A DNA stretch of 24,000 nucleotides, from the NCBI RefSeq assembly GCF_004342025.1, contig NZ_SLWN01000001.1, positions 810,788 through 834,787 of the forward strand. The letters are read 5' to 3'. Under the pieces are notes generated by a model. That model saw only the letters and a program-made list of their open reading frames with translations, was not told the origin of the DNA and searched no databases. This document shows positions 1 to 7,921 of this stretch, one piece after another. Positions within the stretch are counted from its first letter, which is position 1. Every line of letters starts with the position of its first letter. A program made the position numbers and the translations under genes. This stretch comes from Kribbella steppae (lineage in GTDB: Bacteria; Actinomycetota; Actinomycetes; Propionibacteriales; Kribbellaceae).

Positions 1-1540
1 GCCCCATGGTGAACGCGTCGTTGTAGATGTACTCCGGCCCGGTCGGCTTCTGCACCGTCAGCAGCGGCTTCGACAGGGTCGACGTCACCACCGGCTCGAC
101 CCCGTCGACCGACCAGGTCAGCGTGGCGCCACCCACGGTCGCGGTCAGCGTGTGCCGCCCGGTCAGCTTCAGCGGCTCGAGGTCGAAGTCGCGGTCGTTG
201 CCCGGGTTCGCGACAAGTTTGCCGTCCAGCCGCCACTCGATCGGCGGCTGCGACGTGTCGGATTGGGTCGTCTCGGCGTAGACGACCTCGTCGGCGCTGA
301 CCGGATGCTCGGTCGACGTCGACCCGGTGAACTCGACCGGGTCATCGGATGGCTCAGCCGGGAGCGTGGTGTTGACGGTCCACGACCGGGAGGCAGTCGG
401 CCGTACGGCGGGATCCCGGATGAACGGTGTCGGGTCGACGACCTTGGCCGTCAGCGTGTGCAGACCGGGTGACAGGTCCACGGTCGAGAGGTCGACGGCA
501 CGACTGTTCGCGGTCGACAGCGTCGTACCGTCCAAGGTCCAGCTGACGTCGAGCTCGTGGCTGACCGGGTGCAGCGTCTGCAGCCAGACGACCTGGTCGG
601 GGCCTACCTGGCCGGTCGGCGTACTGCCCTGGAACAGGTTCGCCCGGGACGAGATCCGCTGCGTCATCCGCTCCCGCGACACCTGGTCGAAGTAGTAGCC
701 GAGGGTCTTCATCATCGAGTGCCGGCTCGGTCGCCAGACTCCTGAGCCGGCGTACATACCGGCCTCGTACCGGCCGATGGTGCCGCCGGACTCGGACGGC
801 TCACCGAGCCAACGGAACCACTTCTTCTGCTGATCCAGCATTTGCTGCTCGGTCAGCAACGTGTGGTGGATCGAGGAGGGTTCGGGCCCCTCGTACGGCG
901 CGCCACGCTCGCCGCGGGCGTAGTAGTCGTACTCGTCCTGCAGGCCGCCGAGCGAGTGGCCGAGCTCGTGCGGGGTGATCAGCGCGGACAGCGCATTGCC
1001 GCCGGAAGCAGTCGCGTAGGTCCCACCGGCACCGCCGTACGTGTCGCTGTTGCCGATAGCAAGAATCTGGCGGTTGGCGGCGGTGGTGCCGGCGACCAGG
1101 CCGGCGTACTGGGTGGCCGCGGTCGAGCTGACAGTGAGCAGGCGCTGCACGCTGTTCGGGTTGCAGCCGCCCCAGAAGCCCATCTGCAGCGGGGTGTCGA
1201 TCGTGGGCGAGGTGAGGTTCGGGTCACAGTCGACGCCGCTCTCCGGTGACGGGATCTCGACCGCGTAGACGTTCAGGTAGTTCCGGTACGACTTGAACGG
1301 CTCGATGCTCCAGAGCACGTTCAGGTGCTTGTCGACCTGCTCGCGGAACTTGGGCAGCTCGGCCGCGGTGTAACCGTCGCCCATCACGACCAGGTTGAAC
1401 CGCGACTCGGCCGGCCCGGTGACCTGGATCGGGACCACCGTCGCCTCGGCTTCCGTCGTACTGGCTCCGGCTGCGACCGGGAGGCCGGCGAACACGGTCG
1501 CGACCACCCCGAGCACTGCTGTCAGTCGTCTGGTCCTCAC
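1..1540 (-). CDS. Secreted M64-family (IgA-peptidase-like) zinc metallopeptidase with C-terminal Ig-like repeats; the 3' end runs off the window
   Basis: Not in the ORF track because no stop lies in the window; I hand-translated the minus strand. GTG start at 1540 is preceded by GGGGAGGG. The N-terminus VRTRRLTAVLGVVATVFAGLPVAAGAS is signal-peptide-like. It continues VVMGDGYTAAELPKFREQVDKHLNVLWSIEPFKSYRNYLNVYAVE and carries the zinc motif HELGHSLGGLQDEYDYY. The C-terminal part has two similar beta-rich segments ending HTLTAKV and HTLTATV. High GC3 is kept throughout this frame. Confidence 0.8.
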   Translation of the reverse strand, partial: MRTRRLTAVLGVVATVFAGLPVAAGASTTEAEATVVPIQVTGPAESRFNLVVMGDGYTAAELPKFREQVDKHLNVLWSIEPFKSYRNYLNVYAVEIPSPESGVDCDPNLTSPTIDTPLQMGFWGGCNPNSVQRLLTVSSTAATQYAGLVAGTTAANRQILAIGNSDTYGGAGGTYATASGGNALSALITPHELGHSLGGLQDEYDYYARGERGAPYEGPEPSSIHHTLLTEQQMLDQQKKWFRWLGEPSESGGTIGRYEAGMYAGSGVWRPSRHSMMKTLGYYFDQVSRERMTQRISSRANLFQGSTPTGQVGPDQVVWLQTLHPVSHELDVSWTLDGTTLSTANSRAVDLSTVDLSPGLHTLTAKVVDPTPFIRDPAVRPTASRSWTVNTTLPAEPSDDPVEFTGSTSTEHPVSADEVVYAETTQSDTSQPPIEWRLDGKLVANPGNDRDFDLEPLKLTGRHTLTATVGGATLTWSVDGVEPVVTSTLSKPLLTVQKPTGPEYIYNDAFTMG

Positions 1541-1689
1541 ATGCCCTCCCCAGCCCGGCGACATTGCCGTGAGCAGCTTACGAAGGTGGACCGACCCGTG
1601 TCAGGAGTTCACGCGTGCCGACGTACACGCCAATCAGGGCCCGCGTGCGGCATCATGAGGGGTCGGGGAACTGTGAGGAAAGGACATCG

Positions 1690-2493
1690 ATGACGGAACC
1701 GGCGCAGTCGCCGCGGCCCGAACCGGACCGCGGACGACCGGTGGACGACGCCGGTGACGGCGACGGCAAGGGCATCTACTGGGTGCTGAAGAACGTGCTG
1801 ATCGGCCCGCCGGTCAGGCGCATCTTCCGGCCGAACGTGATCGGCGCCGAGAACGTCCCGCAGCTCGGCCCGGCGATCCTGGCCAGCAACCACCTGTCGT
1901 ACGCCGACTGGATCTTCATGCCGCTGGTGTTGCGCCGCCGCGTCACCTTCGTGGCGAAGTCCGACTACTTCACCGGCGCCGGGATCAAGGGCCGGTTCCA
2001 GCGCGGCTTCTTCAAGGGCACCGGCCAGGTGCCGATCGACCGGTCCGGCGGATCGGCCTCCGAGGGCGCGATGCGGGCCGGCATGAAGGTGCTGGAGCGC
2101 GGCGAGCTGTTCGGCATCTACCCCGAGGGCACCCGCTCGCACGACGGCCGGCTGTACAAGGGCCGCACCGGCGTCGCCCGGCTCGCGCTGGAGGCCAAGG
2201 TCCCGGTCATCCCGTGCGGCGTGATCGGCACCGACGTGGTCGCGCCGCCCGGCAAGATCGTCGCCTCGGTCGCCTCCCCCACGATCAAGTTCGGTGAGCC
2301 GCTGGACTTCTCCCGGTACGAGGGGATGGAGGGCGACCGGCTGATCCTTCGCGCCGTCACCGACGAGATCATGTACAAGATCATGGAGCTGTCCGGCCAG
2401 GAGTACCTCGACATGTACGCCACCAAGGCCAAGCAACTCGAGGGCCGCGCGGTCACCGGCGCACCGAAGAAGGTCCGCAAGTCGGACACCTGA
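1690..2493 (+). CDS. plsC: Lysophospholipid / 1-acyl-sn-glycerol-3-phosphate acyltransferase (PlsC family)
   Basis: Acyltransferase motif I NHLSYAD (HX4D) and motif III YPEGTRS, plus VPVIPCGVIG. I prefer the ATG at 1690 (MTEPAQ...) over the ORF-track start at 1615 because GAGGAAAGGA sits 5-15 nt upstream and the upstream codons look non-coding. Confidence 0.8.
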   Translation: MTEPAQSPRPEPDRGRPVDDAGDGDGKGIYWVLKNVLIGPPVRRIFRPNVIGAENVPQLGPAILASNHLSYADWIFMPLVLRRRVTFVAKSDYFTGAGIKGRFQRGFFKGTGQVPIDRSGGSASEGAMRAGMKVLERGELFGIYPEGTRSHDGRLYKGRTGVARLALEAKVPVIPCGVIGTDVVAPPGKIVASVASPTIKFGEPLDFSRYEGMEGDRLILRAVTDEIMYKIMELSGQEYLDMYATKAKQLEGRAVTGAPKKVRKSDT

Positions 2494-2532
2494 TCCGGGA
2501 CCTGAGACAGCGGGGGTCTACCCTGGGAGATC

Positions 2533-3411
2533 GTGGACGGACCGATCGCTTACCAGGGTGAGCCAGGCGCCAATTCGGCGATGGCCTGCACCGACATGTA
2601 CCCGGACCGCGAGCAGTTGCCCTGTACGACGTTCGAGGACGCCCTCGAGGCGGTCAGCAGCGGCCGGGCCGGGCTGGCGATGATCCCGGTGGACAACTCG
2701 ATCGCCGGCCGGGTGGCGGACATCCACCACCTGCTGCCGGAGTCCGGGCTGCACATCGTCGGCGAGTACTTCCTGCCGATCCACTTCCAGCTGCTGGGCG
2801 TCCCCGGTACGTCGATCGACCGGATCCGGACCGTCCGCAGCCACGTGCACGCCCTCGGGCAGTGCCGCAAGATCATCCGCGAGCACGGCTGGTCGACCGT
2901 CGTTGCCGACGACACGGCCGGGTCCGCCCGCGAGGTGTCCGAGCTCGCCGACCCGACCGTCGCGTCGCTGTCCCCGCGGGCCGCTGCCGAGCTGTACGGG
3001 CTGGAGACGCTGGCCAGCGACGTCGAGGACGAGCACCACAACACCACCCGATTCCTGGTGCTGTCCCGCGAGCCCGAGGTGCCGCCGGTCGGCTCCGGCC
3101 CGATCATCACCAGCTTCGTCTACCGGGTCCGCAACGTGTCGGCCGCGCTGTACAAGGCGCTCGGCGGTTTCGCCACCAACAACGTCAACATGACCAAGCT
3201 GGAGTCGTACCAGCTCGGCGGCATGTTCTTCGCCACCCAGTTCTACGCCGATATCGAAGGCCACCCGGACGAGCCGAACGTCGCCCTTGCGCTGGAGGAG
3301 CTCGCCTTCTTCTCGGTCGAGGTCCGGCTGCTCGGCGTCTACCCGGCGCACCCGTTCCGCGCCCAGATCGCCGAACCCGCCGCGAACCGGGCTCTACGTC
3401 CGCACCACTAG
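2533..3411 (+). CDS. pheA: Prephenate dehydratase
   Basis: N-terminus IAYQGEPGANSAMA, then IPVDNSIAGRV, TRFLVLSRE and a C-terminal ACT-like part (TSFVYRVRNVSAALYKALGGFATNNVNMTKLES). GTG start with GGGAGA upstream. Confidence 0.9.
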   Translation: MDGPIAYQGEPGANSAMACTDMYPDREQLPCTTFEDALEAVSSGRAGLAMIPVDNSIAGRVADIHHLLPESGLHIVGEYFLPIHFQLLGVPGTSIDRIRTVRSHVHALGQCRKIIREHGWSTVVADDTAGSAREVSELADPTVASLSPRAAAELYGLETLASDVEDEHHNTTRFLVLSREPEVPPVGSGPIITSFVYRVRNVSAALYKALGGFATNNVNMTKLESYQLGGMFFATQFYADIEGHPDEPNVALALEELAFFSVEVRLLGVYPAHPFRAQIAEPAANRALRPHH

Positions 3412-3426
3412 CGCGTTCAGGCGCCA

Positions 3427-4407
3427 GTGCTTTCCGGCTCGAAGTCCACCGTGTCGCGGGTCATGAACGACACCCCGAATGTCGATCCGCAGATCGTGAC
3501 CCGGGTCCGTGACGCCGCCGCGCGACTGGGCTACCGGCCCAGCGGTACGGCGCAGAACCTGTCCCGCGGCCGGACCGGGATCGTCGGTGTCCTCGTCCCC
3601 GACCTGGCGAACCCGCTGTTCGCCACCATCCTCAAAGGCATCTCGGCCGAGGCGGAGACCGACGGCTACCGGACACTGGTTGCCGATGCCAACGAACAGC
3701 CGGGCGAGGAGCTCCGCCACCTGCACGAGCTGGCCCGGCAGAGCGACGGCCTGATCCTGTGCGGTCCCCGGATGAGTACGCCGGACCTGGCCGGCCTGAC
3801 CGAGCTCGACGTACCAATCGTCATCGTCAACCGCAAGCCGGCCGGCAGTCTCTTCCCGTCGGTGACCGTCGACAGCCGGGAGGCGGTCGCGGAGCTGTGC
3901 CGGCATCTCGACGCGTTCGGTCACACCCGGCTGTGCTACCTGAGCGGTCCTGCGCACGCGGCCGCGGATGCCGAGCGTTGGTCGGCCCTGACGTCCTCGA
4001 TCCGGAGCCGGACCAAGCTGTTCCGGGTCCCGGCCGGCGCGATGCTGGACGACGGCCACGCCGCGGCCGAGGCTGCCCTCGCCACCGGCGCCACCTGCCT
4101 GATCGGTTTCAACGACTTGGTCGCGCTCGGCGCCGTGGCCAGGCTGCAGGAGCTCGGCATCACCGTCCCGGACCAGATCTCCGTCGCCGGCTTCGACGAC
4201 ATCGTCTACGCCCGCTTCACCTCCCCCGGCCTCACCACCGTCGCGATGCCCCAGACCGAGTTCGGCCAGGAAGCCTGGCGCCTCCTCTCCCCCTACCTCC
4301 ATGCCCGCAAAACCCGCCGCACCCGAACGCTGTCCGCCCACCTCATCATCCGCGGCAGCACCGGTCCCCGGCAGAATTCGGGAGCGCGACCGGGACCGGC
4401 CGCATAA
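3427..4407 (+). CDS. LacI-family transcriptional regulator; the N-terminal HTH looks truncated and the start is uncertain
   Basis: STVSRVMND...RVRDAAARLGYRPSGTAQNL matches the LacI recognition helix and hinge. GIVGVLVPDLANPLFATILKGI and the following alpha/beta pattern match the periplasmic-binding-fold sugar domain. The first in-frame canonical start (GTG 3427) lies only 5 codons after an in-frame TAG, so helix 1 of the HTH cannot be encoded. Confidence 0.75.
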   Translation: MLSGSKSTVSRVMNDTPNVDPQIVTRVRDAAARLGYRPSGTAQNLSRGRTGIVGVLVPDLANPLFATILKGISAEAETDGYRTLVADANEQPGEELRHLHELARQSDGLILCGPRMSTPDLAGLTELDVPIVIVNRKPAGSLFPSVTVDSREAVAELCRHLDAFGHTRLCYLSGPAHAAADAERWSALTSSIRSRTKLFRVPAGAMLDDGHAAAEAALATGATCLIGFNDLVALGAVARLQELGITVPDQISVAGFDDIVYARFTSPGLTTVAMPQTEFGQEAWRLLSPYLHARKTRRTRTLSAHLIIRGSTGPRQNSGARPGPAA

Positions 4408-4417
4408 GGTTCGGCCC

Positions 4418-5410
4418 GTGCATATCGTGACGGTCGACGGCCGGGATCCAGACGTCTTCAAGCAGTTCTTCCAGATCAAGGACGGCGTACGGCGGGAGGA
4501 GCTGGAGTTCCCGGCGGGCCTGGGCCTGGAGGAGGCCCGGGTGCTGATGACGGGGAACCACTCCGACCTGCGGGCCGACGGGCTCGGGCTGGTCGACGGG
4601 GACACCTGGGCGGGGATCGTCTGGCTGGACTGGTGGTTGCTCGACAACACCCAGACGGTCGACGTCGAGTTCGCGGTCGATCCGTCGTACCGGCGGCGCG
4701 GGGTCGCGACCCGACTGCTGGAAGCGGTCATCGACCGAGCGCGCGCCGAGGGCCGCCGGGTGTTGTCCGGCCTGAACATGGCCGGTGATCCGGTCACAGG
4801 CGAGAGCCCGGGTACGGCGTTCGCCGCGGCGCGCGGGTTCGTCCGCAAGCACGCGGAACTGCACCAGGTCCTCGAGCTGCCGGTGCCGGACGAGCAACTG
4901 GCGGCGTTCGACCAGCCGATCCCCGGCTACCGGATCGTGCAGTGGCGCGAGCATGCGCCCGAGGAATGGCTCGAGCAGTTCGCCGAGTTGCTCACCGGGA
5001 TGGCCGAGGACGTTCCGCACGGCGACCGCACCGTCGAGGCGACCCGGTGGACGCCCGAGCTGATCCGGGAGGCCGAGGCCCGCCGGATCGCTCAGGGTCG
5101 CTTCACCTACACCACGGCCGCCGTCCACAGTCAGTCCGGCGAGCTGGCGGCGTACACCCAGATGGGCGGCTCTCCGGCAACCCCCGACCGCCGCAACCAG
5201 TACGACACCTACGTCCGCCGCTCCCACCGCGGCAACCGGCTCGGCATTGCCGTCAAGGCGCCCAACCTCCGCGCCCTCCAGGCAGACCTCGCCCAATCCG
5301 TCGCCCTGCACACCTGGAACGCTCCCGAGAACGCCCCGATGATCGCGGTCAACGACAAGCTCGGCTTCCGTCGCGTCGCCCAGCGCACGATCTGGGAGCT
5401 CAGCATCTAG
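4418..5410 (+). CDS. Tandem-GNAT N-acetyltransferase (two acetyl-CoA binding motifs)
   Basis: Two GNAT motif-A-like segments: VDPSYRRRGVATRLLEAV and VRRSHRGNRLGIAVKA, with a ...NDKLGFRRV tail. GTG 4418 (VHIVTVDG...) with AAGG 8 nt upstream is preferred over the ORF-track start at 4301, which would overlap the LacI gene with P/R/S-rich junk. Confidence 0.75.
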   Translation: MHIVTVDGRDPDVFKQFFQIKDGVRREELEFPAGLGLEEARVLMTGNHSDLRADGLGLVDGDTWAGIVWLDWWLLDNTQTVDVEFAVDPSYRRRGVATRLLEAVIDRARAEGRRVLSGLNMAGDPVTGESPGTAFAAARGFVRKHAELHQVLELPVPDEQLAAFDQPIPGYRIVQWREHAPEEWLEQFAELLTGMAEDVPHGDRTVEATRWTPELIREAEARRIAQGRFTYTTAAVHSQSGELAAYTQMGGSPATPDRRNQYDTYVRRSHRGNRLGIAVKAPNLRALQADLAQSVALHTWNAPENAPMIAVNDKLGFRRVAQRTIWELSI

Positions 5411-5528
5411 GGCGTGGAGTTCCAGGTTTCGCTTCGTACCCGGACCTGGACCGAGCGCAGTGGATGCAGGGATATCCAGGGGCGAGCGTTAGTCTGGTAG
5501 GCGCTCTGATCCCGACCGGAAGTGCCCG

Positions 5529-7460
5529 ATGACTGTCGAATCGTTGTTCCCGCGCCTGGAGGCGTTGCTGCCGGGGGTGCAGAAGCCGATCCAGTACGTC
5601 GGGGGTGAGCTGAACTCGGTCAGTAAGGACTGGGACTCGGTGAGTGTCCGCTGGGCGCTGATGTACCCGGACGCGTACGAGGTCGGGCTGCCGAACCAGG
5701 GTGTGCAGATCCTCTACGAGGTGCTGAACGAGCGCGACCACCTCCTGGCCGAGCGGACCTACTCGGTCTGGCCGGACATGGAGAAGGTGATGCGGGACAA
5801 CGGCATCCCGCAGTTCACCCTGGACAGCCACCGGCCGGTGCGGGCGTTCGACGTCTTCGGGCTGTCGTTCTCGACCGAGCTCGGCTACACCAACATGCTG
5901 ACCGCGCTCGACCTGGCCGGTATCCCGCTGTACGCCGTCGACCGGACCGACGAGGACCCGATCGTGCTGGCCGGCGGGCATGCCGCGTTCAACCCCGAGC
6001 CGATCGCCGACTTCATCGACGCCGCCGTCCTCGGTGACGGCGAGGAGATCGTGCTGGCCATCTCGGACGTGATCCGGGAGTGGAAGGACGAGGGCTCCCC
6101 GGGTGGGCGCGACGAGGTGCTGATGCGGCTGGCGGCGTCCGGCGGTGTCTACATCCCGAAGTTCTTCACCGTCGAGTACCTGGCCGACGGACGGATCAAG
6201 CGGGTCGCTCCGAACCGTCCCGGCGTCCCGTGGCGGACGGCCAAGCACACCGTGATGGACCTGGACGCCTGGCCGTACCCGAAGAAGCCGCTGGTCCCGC
6301 TGGCCGAGACCGTGCACGAGCGGTTCTCGGTGGAGATCTTCCGCGGTTGTACCCGCGGCTGCCGGTTCTGCCAGGCGGGCATGATCACCCGGCCGGTGCG
6401 CGAGCGCAGTATCACCACGATCGGCGACATGGTCGAGAACGGGCTGAAGCAGTCCGGGTTCGAGGAGGTCGGGCTGCTCAGCCTGTCCTCGGCCGACCAC
6501 AGCGAGATCGCCGAGGTGGCCAAGGGCCTGGGCGACCGCTACGAGGGCAGCAACGTCTCGCTGTCGTTGCCCTCGACACGGGTCGACGCGTTCAACATCA
6601 CGCTGGCCAACGAGTTCTCCCGTAACGGCCGGCGCAGCGGCCTGACCTTCGCCCCCGAGGGCGGGTCGGACCGGATGCGCAAGGTGATCAACAAGATGGT
6701 CAGCGAGGAGGACCTGATCCGCACCGTCGCGGCGGCGTACAGTCACGGCTGGCGGCAGGTGAAGCTGTACTTCATGTGCGGCCTGCCGACCGAGACCGAC
6801 GAGGACGTGCTCGCGATCGCCGACCTCGCCAAGCGGGTGATCGCCACCGGCCGCGAGGTGTCCGGCCGCAACGACATCCGTTGCACCGTGTCGATCGGCG
6901 GGTTCGTGCCGAAGCCGCACACGCCGTTCCAGTGGGCCTCGCAGCTCGGCGTCGAGGAGACCGACGCCCGGCTGGCCAAGCTCGGTGCCGCGATCCGTTC
7001 GGACAAGAAGTACGCGAAAGCCATCGGCTTCCGGTACCACGACGGCAAGCCCGGCATCATCGAGGGCCTGCTGTCCCGCGGCGACCGGCGGGTCGGCCGG
7101 ATCATCGAGCAGGTCTGGCGCGACGGCGGCCGGTTCGACGGCTGGAGCGAGCACTTCTCCTACGAGCGCTGGGTCGAGTCGACCGAGACGGCGCTGGCCG
7201 ACGAGCCGATCGACCTGGCCTGGTACACCACCCGCGAGCGCGAGTACGCCGAGGTCCTGCCCTGGGATCACCTCGACTCCGGTCTCGACCGCGACTGGCT
7301 GTGGGAGGACTGGCAGGACTCGCTCGAGGAGGACGGCGCGATCGAGGTCGAGGACTGCCGCTGGACCCCTTGCTTCGACTGTGGCGTCTGCCCCCAGATG
7401 GGCACCGAGATCCAGATCGGCCCCACCGGCAAGAAGCTCCTGCCGCTGTCCGTCGTCTGA
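5529..7460 (+). CDS. B12-binding-domain radical SAM protein, TIGR03960-like
   Basis: 643 aa. CTRGCRFCQAG (CX3CX2C) follows an N-terminal Rossmann-like part (IVLAGGHAAFNPEP). The N-terminus LFPRLEALLPGVQKPIQYVGGELNS is characteristic of this conserved actinobacterial family. GGAAG lies 8 nt upstream of the ATG. Confidence 0.85.
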   Translation: MTVESLFPRLEALLPGVQKPIQYVGGELNSVSKDWDSVSVRWALMYPDAYEVGLPNQGVQILYEVLNERDHLLAERTYSVWPDMEKVMRDNGIPQFTLDSHRPVRAFDVFGLSFSTELGYTNMLTALDLAGIPLYAVDRTDEDPIVLAGGHAAFNPEPIADFIDAAVLGDGEEIVLAISDVIREWKDEGSPGGRDEVLMRLAASGGVYIPKFFTVEYLADGRIKRVAPNRPGVPWRTAKHTVMDLDAWPYPKKPLVPLAETVHERFSVEIFRGCTRGCRFCQAGMITRPVRERSITTIGDMVENGLKQSGFEEVGLLSLSSADHSEIAEVAKGLGDRYEGSNVSLSLPSTRVDAFNITLANEFSRNGRRSGLTFAPEGGSDRMRKVINKMVSEEDLIRTVAAAYSHGWRQVKLYFMCGLPTETDEDVLAIADLAKRVIATGREVSGRNDIRCTVSIGGFVPKPHTPFQWASQLGVEETDARLAKLGAAIRSDKKYAKAIGFRYHDGKPGIIEGLLSRGDRRVGRIIEQVWRDGGRFDGWSEHFSYERWVESTETALADEPIDLAWYTTREREYAEVLPWDHLDSGLDRDWLWEDWQDSLEEDGAIEVEDCRWTPCFDCGVCPQMGTEIQIGPTGKKLLPLSVV

Positions 7461-7485
7461 CCTGGGCCTGCTCGGCAGACCCAGG
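7461..7485. terminator. GC-rich hairpin between convergent genes (possible bidirectional terminator)
   Basis: cctgggcctg (7461-7470) pairs with cagacccagg (7476-7485) in 9 of 10 positions around a 5-nt loop. It starts directly after the radical SAM stop and ends 10 nt before the stop of the minus-strand gene. There is no clear U-tract. Confidence 0.4.
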
Positions 7486-7495
7486 CCAGCACCCG

Positions 7496-7870
7496 TCAGT
7501 TGCAGTAGTACGCCGGGCTCGGCGTCGTCTCGGTCTGGTCCTGCCAGTGGGCCACGCCGATGTAGTAGCCGCAGCCGGTGCCCTCGTCGAACCAGGCGCC
7601 GCCACCGGAGTAGGCGTACGTCTCGGCGACCGTGGTGAAGGGACCGGAGGCGCTCGGGCCCTTCTGCAGCTCGACCCGGACCTCGGTGACGCTGGTCGAA
7701 CAGCCTTCGAGACCGACCGCGACGTACAGCATCAGCGCGCTGTAGCCGACGCTGTTCGCCGTCACCAGATCGCAGGTCTGTGTCCCGGTGGTCGAGGCCT
7801 GGGCCGGCGTACCGACTGCCAGGCCGGCGGCGACGGCGGTCGTCAGCGCGGCGCCAAGAAGCTTCTTCAT
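7496..7870 (-). CDS. Small secreted 4-Cys protein of unknown function
   Basis: MKKLLGAALTTAVAAGLAVGTPAQA is a Sec signal peptide with an AQA cleavage site. The mature part is about 99 aa, beta-rich, has 4 Cys and ends YYCN. RBS GAGAGGAA lies upstream of the ATG. Confidence 0.7.
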   Translation of the reverse strand: MKKLLGAALTTAVAAGLAVGTPAQASTTGTQTCDLVTANSVGYSALMLYVAVGLEGCSTSVTEVRVELQKGPSASGPFTTVAETYAYSGGGAWFDEGTGCGYYIGVAHWQDQTETTPSPAYYCN

Positions 7871-7921
7871 GGTGTTCCTCTCTGAGGCGGTGAGAAACTT
7901 ACAGAGAGCAACTAGAGTAGG

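Noticed and set aside
1615-1689. Upstream extensions of several track ORFs (starts at 1615, 4301, 10817, 13310, 19995, 20848 and 22070)
   Set aside because: In each case the extension is R/P/S-rich, lacks an RBS, and overlaps a neighbouring gene or intergenic hairpin. An internal start with an SD-like sequence gives the family-typical N-terminus.
3394-4848. 484-aa minus-strand ORF
   Set aside because: It is antisense to the LacI-family and GNAT genes. The composition is S/R/P/G-rich with no motifs.
5421-5450. Inverted repeat tccaggt...acctgga after the GNAT gene as a terminator
   Set aside because: The stem is only 7 bp with a 16-nt loop and no U-tract, which could arise by chance in 70% GC DNA.
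5400-7271. 623-aa minus-strand ORF
   Set aside because: It is antisense to the radical SAM gene, which has CX3CX2C and conserved family blocks. The composition is R/G/P/L/V-rich with no recognisable domain.
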